From NCBI GenBank assembly GCA_951406725.2, contig OX597827.1, positions 25,978,001 through 26,042,000 on the forward strand: DNA of 64,000 bases, read 5' to 3'. Of this stretch, positions 56,136-64,000 are shown one piece after another. The position numbers and the translations under genes were made by a program. How positions within the stretch are numbered: position 1 is the stretch's first letter; each line of letters begins with the position of its first letter. The notes under the pieces are model-generated. The model was not told the DNA's origin, made no database searches, and was given only the letters and a program-made list of their open reading frames with translations. The DNA is from Octopus vulgaris (taxonomy: Eukaryota).

Positions 56136-57799
56136 GTTTTTAAATTATACATATTGAAAAAGTACCAGCTCTCTACTGAGATGGGCATTGCTCTCTTTTA
56201 CTTATTCTCTATTTGTTTCTCTTACCTTTTCGAAAGAAATTGGTCGTAATTCATACTTGGAGATTCATGGGCTTCACCATATCACGAATTGCCATGCTTT
56301 TAAAATTGCTTAAGTCTTTGTTCAATTATAAAGATTGAAGAAAATTGCAATGGGTAAATGTAAAAATAAACTCGAGACTGTAATTCCGTCTGCCCTTGAA
56401 CCACAGCATTGCTATACATGAATTTATATTCTGTAGAGTCCACAGTGGAATAATTAAAAGTTAAAGCTATCAAGTGACTAGTTAATTAACTTGACATATA
56501 TCTGCTTTAACATCAACCCTGATTCGGACACGACAAAAATAAGTATATGAAGCAGATTTTATACATTACGGAAGATACACTGTATCACATTAGAAGGTGG
56601 TAACGAAGTACCATCTTTCAAATTATAAGTATTTTGAAAAATAGAAATAATATATTTCTAAATCTCTCAGAGAGATTTATGCAGTAGCAGCACGATAAAG
56701 TGATAGCATATTGTCAACTTAATGTGGCAGTTACATAAAAGGGAAGAATGCTACTGTTATTTAGCCTTATGAAATACCGTTTCCTGTTGGACTTCACACA
56801 TTTCCTGTGACCTTATGTTTTCAAAGTGGAGACAAGCACCTCCACCCAGCAAAACCACCATCCAGAGACTACATTCAGAGTCACTGCTCATCACCGGTCT
56901 GAAGTAGCATGGCTTTCCAGCTGTCGATACCTATCTACCCATGAAAACATATATAACTATGTTATTCGCTGTACGTGGATATTAGAGAGAAGAGACATTT
57001 AAAAGTGGAAGGTTGTAAGTTCAGATAAATTTCAAATGTTAACGTTTAGACCAATGACAGAATCATAGCCTGGTTTGGCAACATGTTAGAAATAGCAACC
57101 AATTCCACTTCAGTCACACTGTACCAACTTCAAAACATGAAATTGGATTGTAGATAATGTAACACGTGTTCTTGTAGCGTTTAATACTTGATATCTTAAA
57201 CAATGTGGGGTGAGTAAGGCAGGAAATCCTTCCTTTACTGATTCGCCCAGTCTGAGCAAACACATTAAGAACAATAACAGTAATAACATTTAACACATTG
57301 TGTATGTATATATATATATATATATGTACCTGTGTATGTATATACAAATATAAGAAATGGAACAAAAACGCAACAGAGGACAATAAAACATTCGAACAGA
57401 TAGACGATACCCAGGTGGACAGGAGAAACAGTTAGAAGGACAGGGAAAAAAAGACGGATCATTCGTGGCCTTCTTTCCTTAGGCTTATCAGAAGTCCTTA
57501 CTGTTTCGGGCAGTTACACTTGAGACAGTTCGATCTGGTTGCTTCCAACAAAGTCTAAGCTATGAGCGAATGTGTACGGCAACGAGGACAAAAAACAGAG
57601 AGCATGGTACACAATTGCAAATACACACAACAAAAAAATAACCACAGGTGTCTTTCGATTGAGGACGAATAAAATTGAGCTGGGTTTTATGAAGGGAATG
57701 CCTAAGGACAGGAAAATAGGTGATGGGCACAAGAAGTATTGACAGTCGGCAGTCAGGCCAAGAAAGAATGATCATGGCTGGTCTGACATCGGTCACTTA

Positions 57800-57850
<51 letters not shown>

Positions 57851-59019
57851 GTATGTATCTATGTGTGTATGTATATGTTTGTGTATATATATATATAATA
57901 TGAATACATATATCTACTATATATATAATATGCATATATATATATATATATACATACATATACATACATATATATATACATACATACATATATATGGTTA
58001 TATATGCATATGTTTTATATATATTTATATTCATGTATTCGTAAATGATGGAGAGTGTGTATACATATATACACATATGTATATATGAGTATGTACGTGT
58101 GTTGTACTTGAGTGTGTAAATGTATGCAGGCTTTTAAAGTCCATATGGCTTTTAATCACCCTATATACGCTTAGTAATATTTTACCTCGTTTTCAACTTG
58201 CTATATAGCTATGGCGAATTAATTGTGGCATGGTGACTATCAGATTGGGAAAAGCTTAAAAGCTTTCTTTATGTACAAATTAAAGCAAAGTTGTATTATA
58301 TGAAAGAATTTGTCAGCAGAATTGGAAATCGTTTATCACAACATGAAATCAAATATTTATTTATTTAATATGCTGCATTGAAATCAGTTTCATGCCAAAT
58401 TACACTTCGGTTGTGAGTTCAAAGATTTCGAGCTTTCACTGGTTTCAGCAGTTCAAAGCCAGTTCACTAAATATTTGATATGAAATGATATATGTATTGA
58501 AATACCACATATCATTATACCGACTTTCATCTTACTAAACTCTGTAGAGTTCAACAACATTTACTTGTATTTAACTACAGGATCGATGAAGTATATTAAA
58601 TGAAAATCCTAACCATATTTCTTACATATTCCCGAGAAAATGAATTTACCAATATTTACATATACCGAAGACTTTCGAGGTTGGTATTTTGGATTCGTGT
58701 CTGTGAATGATATTTCTATAACATTGGGTACTCTTCTAGAACAATGATTTTGCAACATTAAAATATTAAAAGCTTTTAATTCCTTCCATAAATATCCTTT
58801 ATTCTTCAAAAGTCTTTGTGGGTAATAACTTGGATTAAAAGTCTTCAATAGGCTTGAAATGGCATGACCAGTTGCATCGCTTAACGAATTCTACTGTATA
58901 TAGTGACAAAGAATTCTTCTGAAAACATATGGCTCCAAATCGTCTGATTTTTTATGCTCTGGATCATTTCTTTATGTTAAAAGTCTGAGCTTTGTTCTAT
59001 TGCGTTCCTTGTTATAAAT

Positions 59020-59170
<151 letters not shown>

Positions 59171-59480
59171 GTATTTTCTTTTACATAAAGTTATTTTTCC
59201 CGCCCACTTATATAAAACATTGCACAACCAATTGATAGAGCTGTCGTTATTATATCTATATCTGCGAGTGCGATACAGGATCGATGAAAAATATTAAGAT
59301 CAAAACGTATGGCAAGTTAACTTCAGTGCCTGATGAACTGATGAAAGCAATGAAACGATGTTAGTGGTGGAGGAAATGTCATTTCCTCACCGCATGTCGT
59401 CATTTCCTCACAGATACACACACACACAAACATATATCTACATATACATATATATCTCTACAGATAAATTTAACAATCAT

Positions 59481-59510
<30 letters not shown>

Positions 59511-59511
<1 letters not shown>

Positions 59512-59688
59512 ATCAAAATAAATAACAGGATACCCAGAGGTGATGCAGTACGACCGTTTCAAGCGGTTCTATTTAACTGAACAATGCAATCATTACTTCA
59601 CGATTGCATTGTTCAATTAAATGCATCCCCTTGAAACGTTCGTACTGCATCGGGTCGTACTCTGGATATCCTTTTGCTTATTTTGATT
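59511..59688. repeat. Fold-back hairpin (~80-bp arms, 10-nt loop) carrying hammerhead 3' halves
   Basis: AATCAAAATAA...GATGCAGTACGACCGTTTCAAG...GAACAATGCAATC pairs with GATTGCATTGTTC...CTTGAAACGTTCGTACTGCATC...TTATTTTGATT. The left arm abuts (TA)n and another (TA)n lies ~100 bp downstream. Confidence 0.85.
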
Positions 59689-60064
59689 TTATTCACCTTA
59701 CTTTGAAGTTGTACGGATAATACCGGTCTAATTTTTGGGGCTTCAACTTAAGTACCTAATTCATCTGAATCTCAATTATTTTACTATATATATATATATA
59801 TATATATAGTTTCAGTGTCCAAAGATAAGACTGAGTTACTGGAAATCGTTAGAACCACGGCTAGGGTTTTAGCTATTATTAATTTTGGAAGACATAATGA
59901 TTGGAAATTAGCTCAAAGGCAATAGAGATAGTCGAAGGTACGGTGAGCAAGGAGGAGAAAGAAGGGGGAGGAGAAAGAGACGAAAGACAAGAAACAGGAG
60001 AGGAAGGAATATTCCGCTTCTTATCCTTCTTCCTCTTCCTCTTATTCCTCTCATTATTCCTCTC

Positions 60065-60184
<120 letters not shown>

Positions 60185-60186
60185 TA

Positions 60187-60251
<65 letters not shown>

Positions 60252-60271
60252 CATTATTATTAATTTTATTT

Positions 60272-60360
60272 ATTGCCTTTGCACAGCTTCTAACACGTAC
60301 TACGGTGCTAGCTGTTCACTACCGGTGAACTAAGGTAACACCTCTTATTTTTCGTGCTTT
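60272..60360 (-). mobile_element. R4/Dong-like 3' UTR fragment ending at (TAA)n
   Basis: Reverse complement GAGGTGTTACCTTAGTTCACCGGTAGTGAACAGCT...GCAAAGGCAATAA matches 34580-34658. Confidence 0.8.
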
Positions 60361-61725
60361 CTTCCTTATTGCATACCTTGTTGTCAGCTGGGCATGCTAT
60401 ATTTATGATAGATACATACATACATGTACACATACACACATACATTTATTTTTGAGGTCATAAAAATTTGTAACTTTTTATATGTACTTTTTGAAGTACA
60501 AATGAAACGACCAACAGCATCACGGAAATGTTTGGGTGAAGACCTTTCAGGATAGACAAGGGCCTTACAGCCATCCTTGATCACAAGAGCAAATACGACG
60601 CACGAAATATTGATAGCATATTCTATCCTGTGAATTAATAACACACTCGTTCCTTCCTCGTATAATTCTACCACTACCAACAGCTTGTCTTCTCCTCGGA
60701 TAATGCTAAACCACATGTCACCTCTCACACTTGTGACACAGAATGTTGTGTACATGCACTAAATACCCACAACTACCACTATCTACACCCCCAGAACGCT
60801 GGGCCCTGGATACTCCTATACTACGAAATAATTTCAGCTGTCAAGTTTCATTATTCGAAAGGAACATTAATCGTCTCAATCTCATTGGACTTACAGAACC
60901 TGTGAAGATTATGCTTCCATATACTTTCTGCAGACTAAAACAAAAATGAAACAATAAACCAATTTATCCTGCTAGAGTTTGCACGCAAATATATTTTCTG
61001 CAGCTATATCTAATCTGCAAATCACTTCTTTTGAATGTTAATGAACATTTTTTTTCAAAAATCCCATTCTTCTTTTTCTAAATAGACAATTTTGTCAATT
61101 TTGATCTTCATATATTTCCAAAGAGCATTAGCGATGAAAGAGAGAAGTGTATTTCTTTGAAATGCAGAATATAACTCATATTAGGAAGCTGTGTCAGCAA
61201 CAGGCTATTACAAACCACGAAAAATAAAAATATGAATTTTACATAAACGAGAACTGACACTAGTTTTGAACTCGGATTGTCTATTATTTCTCTTTTACAA
61301 TACTCACAAGCCTGATGTTAGTACGTTGAAAGCTATGCAATCGTAATGGTAACTAATTTTATGAAATATAGTTGTCCATAGATACCGTATATAATATATT
61401 TATGTGTGTATAGAAATCGTACTTTTAGCGATAATTCATTTCCTCCGTATTCCAGGTCGTATTTTATGTTGTTAGCTTTTTATATGAAAGCTTTATTCGA
61501 CAAACGAATCTCTCTACCGTTATTTGACATGTTATCCATTCAATTCACTATTATTTTTCCCTCTCTCCCCCTCACACTGTGGTTTCCACACTTTCATTAC
61601 AAATTTCTTTGAAAATCTGATTCAATAGTCAGTGAGATTGGAATTTTCTTCTATCACGAATCTTTCAATATGCATATATATATATGATACATTACTACAC
61701 GATACAAAATATGATATGCATATAT

Positions 61726-61768
<43 letters not shown>

Positions 61769-63920
61769 CTGTATGTATATACATATATATATATTTATAT
61801 ATATGTACCTGTATCTATGTATATTTATAAATGTATATGTATGTGTTTGTATTTTTATATCTGCCTCTGTGTGTATGTGTGTGTAAGTGTGACTTTGTTT
61901 GTGTGTGTGTGTGTATCACCTAGAAACCCACAATTTTTGCCCCTGACTGTTAAAACACACAAAAAGATTATTCTCCAAAACAAGTTTTAGTTTCTTCGCA
62001 CGAAATTATAATTTTTTTCTTCATGCATTTACCATATCAGAGATTTAGATTTTCTTTCGCATTTTTTTCATTCATTCTAAAGATGATTTCAATGGAAGAA
62101 CATATCTTTCTAAAATAAGCAAAGAAACTAAAAGATGTCTCAGCTATAGAATTCTTTATTCTTTCAAAACTAATAGAAAACGAAGTCTTCAATAAATTAT
62201 AATTTATTACACAATGCTACTAACTACGGTATGAGATCGGAAGATATTATAAGAAACATATATCAGGAATGAATATCTTCTTCTCTTTTTTTCTTCTTTT
62301 TACTCTCAGTGAGTTAAAAAATAATCAATAAAAAATTTCTGATGTGGAGTTGTCACCTTTAGAAAGTAGATTGAGAAAAACATTTGTTTCGTTTAGAATT
62401 GTGTCTGAGATAGAAATACAACAGTGTGCATCTTTACACAATGATTTCTTCTCTAACGTTCATTGAGGTACTAACGTTATAATGGCTTCAGAATGTACAA
62501 AACTTCTAAATTGTTGTTATAACAGATAAATCTATATTAGGCTTTTGTACATGTTTCGAAAGAATCTATCGCCATATAAAACTCATATATGTAGAGAACG
62601 TCTATATCTAGAAAAAAAACCCAAGAAAATAAAAAAAGAACAGAATCAGAAACAAAAACAAACTGGTAATGTCTTTGCAACTTTCTGTAGATACAATAAA
62701 TTTGAATTATCGGAATGCAATTCGAATGTTCAGAACAAAGAAAAAACGAAAAGAAGAAAGATGCGGATGAGAATATAGATACTCCCGTACACTCAGAGAC
62801 ACACAGACACACACAGGCACACACATATCGTGATAACTAAAATATTGTTTCTATATTTATTATCAAAGAAAACGATAGGCAAGTTGCGAATAATAGAAAT
62901 GATATGTAATATTATTTTGTGAAACAAGGATATATACTTGCATTAAAAATGGATTTGAAATACTACAGCAGCAATAATCTGAAGCCTTGCCTTTCAATAA
63001 AGATGGCTACAATTGTCGTTAAAAGCACCAAAGATATCCTCATTTATTTGAGGGTGGGAAAACATTTTGTCTTTATGGATATTTTGAGTCGCTTTTATTT
63101 TTTGAGCAAGGACATATGAAGGTTAGCAACCGACTTTTAACGCATTTAATGAGATACTAAAGTTTCTGCTTACAAGTGTCTATGAAGTGTCTGTAATATA
63201 CAGTATTTTTACTAACATGAAATCAAAATGAACGAATCAATAAAAAACCACGCAAGGGCTCACAATATATATATAAATTAATTAATTAATAAAAAAATTA
63301 CAGCAAAAAAGTTTGTACCTTACAATTAGTAAACAGACACAAGTTTAGACAGGAGCTATGAAAATAATAGCAAATTCAGAGCAGCCGTTTATTGGGAAAT
63401 CAATGTAAATGTGTAGCAAGTTAGCGACTGTATCATGATTTTACAATGTTCTACATTGAGAACTAATGGCGTGGTTGCTCGCCTTACTAGAAATAACAGC
63501 TGCATCATTTTAAATAACAATACGAAGGAATATATTGGATAATGCAATATCAGAAATGTGTAGAACAAATGAAAAGAAGGTCATATCTATAAAAGCTTTC
63601 ATCATAGTTGTGTTTATTGAAGATGTCCCATGTTACACAGTAAAAATGTATTGCATTACCTATAGGCATACATTGAAAGAGTTTGTAATGCTTTGTTCAT
63701 CCTGTTTATTTCTTAAAATATCTATGGTGCATGTGATTACATCAGCTTTTGTGTTCAATATCAGAAATGAGATAACATCAGAAATTGAAACGCCGGTATA
63801 CACAGTTAAGTCAGTGTAGAATTAAAATGGCCATCTTTGATGGTTATGATGATGTTAGTTCTACGTGTCCAAAGATCATGCATAAGAGTGGCAATTTCTG
63901 AAGTTGCTATGGAAACCTAC

Positions 63921-64000
63921 GTGGAGGCATGTGGTTTAGTGGTTAGTGTATTCCACTCACGTTTGTAAGGTCGTGAGTTCGATTACCGGCGGCGAGTTGT
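63921..64000 (+). mobile_element. tRNA-derived SINE head (family C-like), cut by the window end
   Basis: GGAGGCATGTGGTTTAGTGGTTAG...GTGAGTTCGATTACC (A and B boxes). Confidence 0.7.

Noticed and set aside
57465-57520. Minus-strand GAAACAGTA...CTGATAAGCC motif
   Set aside because: Probably PLE-terminal debris, but no complete hammerhead fold can be drawn.
59328-59366. Tandem CTGATGAA followed by GAAACGATGTT
   Set aside because: Stems I and II are not supported.

Overview
This is AT-rich animal DNA saturated with microsatellites and retroelement debris. The repeat landscape resembles an octopus/coleoid cephalopod genome (inference only). No intact host gene can be supported; there are two weak minus-strand exon candidates. 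The window holds at least four tRNA-headed SINE families, a full-length decayed mariner, several Penelope-like elements (PLEs), R4/Dong-like fragments embedded in (TAA)n, and CR1-like and RTE-like remnants. Three observations stand out. (1) Two divergent copies of an element encoding a Gag/ORF1-like CCHC protein are both inserted at the same site in a SINE tRNA head; the complete copy is 2.3 kb, TSD-bounded and has no reverse transcriptase. (2) About ten hammerhead-ribozyme motifs are visible, including an intact pair inside a 157-bp inverted repeat and U3/A8 compensatory variants at PLE 3' ends. (3) One tRNA-headed SINE ends in a hammerhead. Family assignments come from motif recognition by eye; no database search was run.
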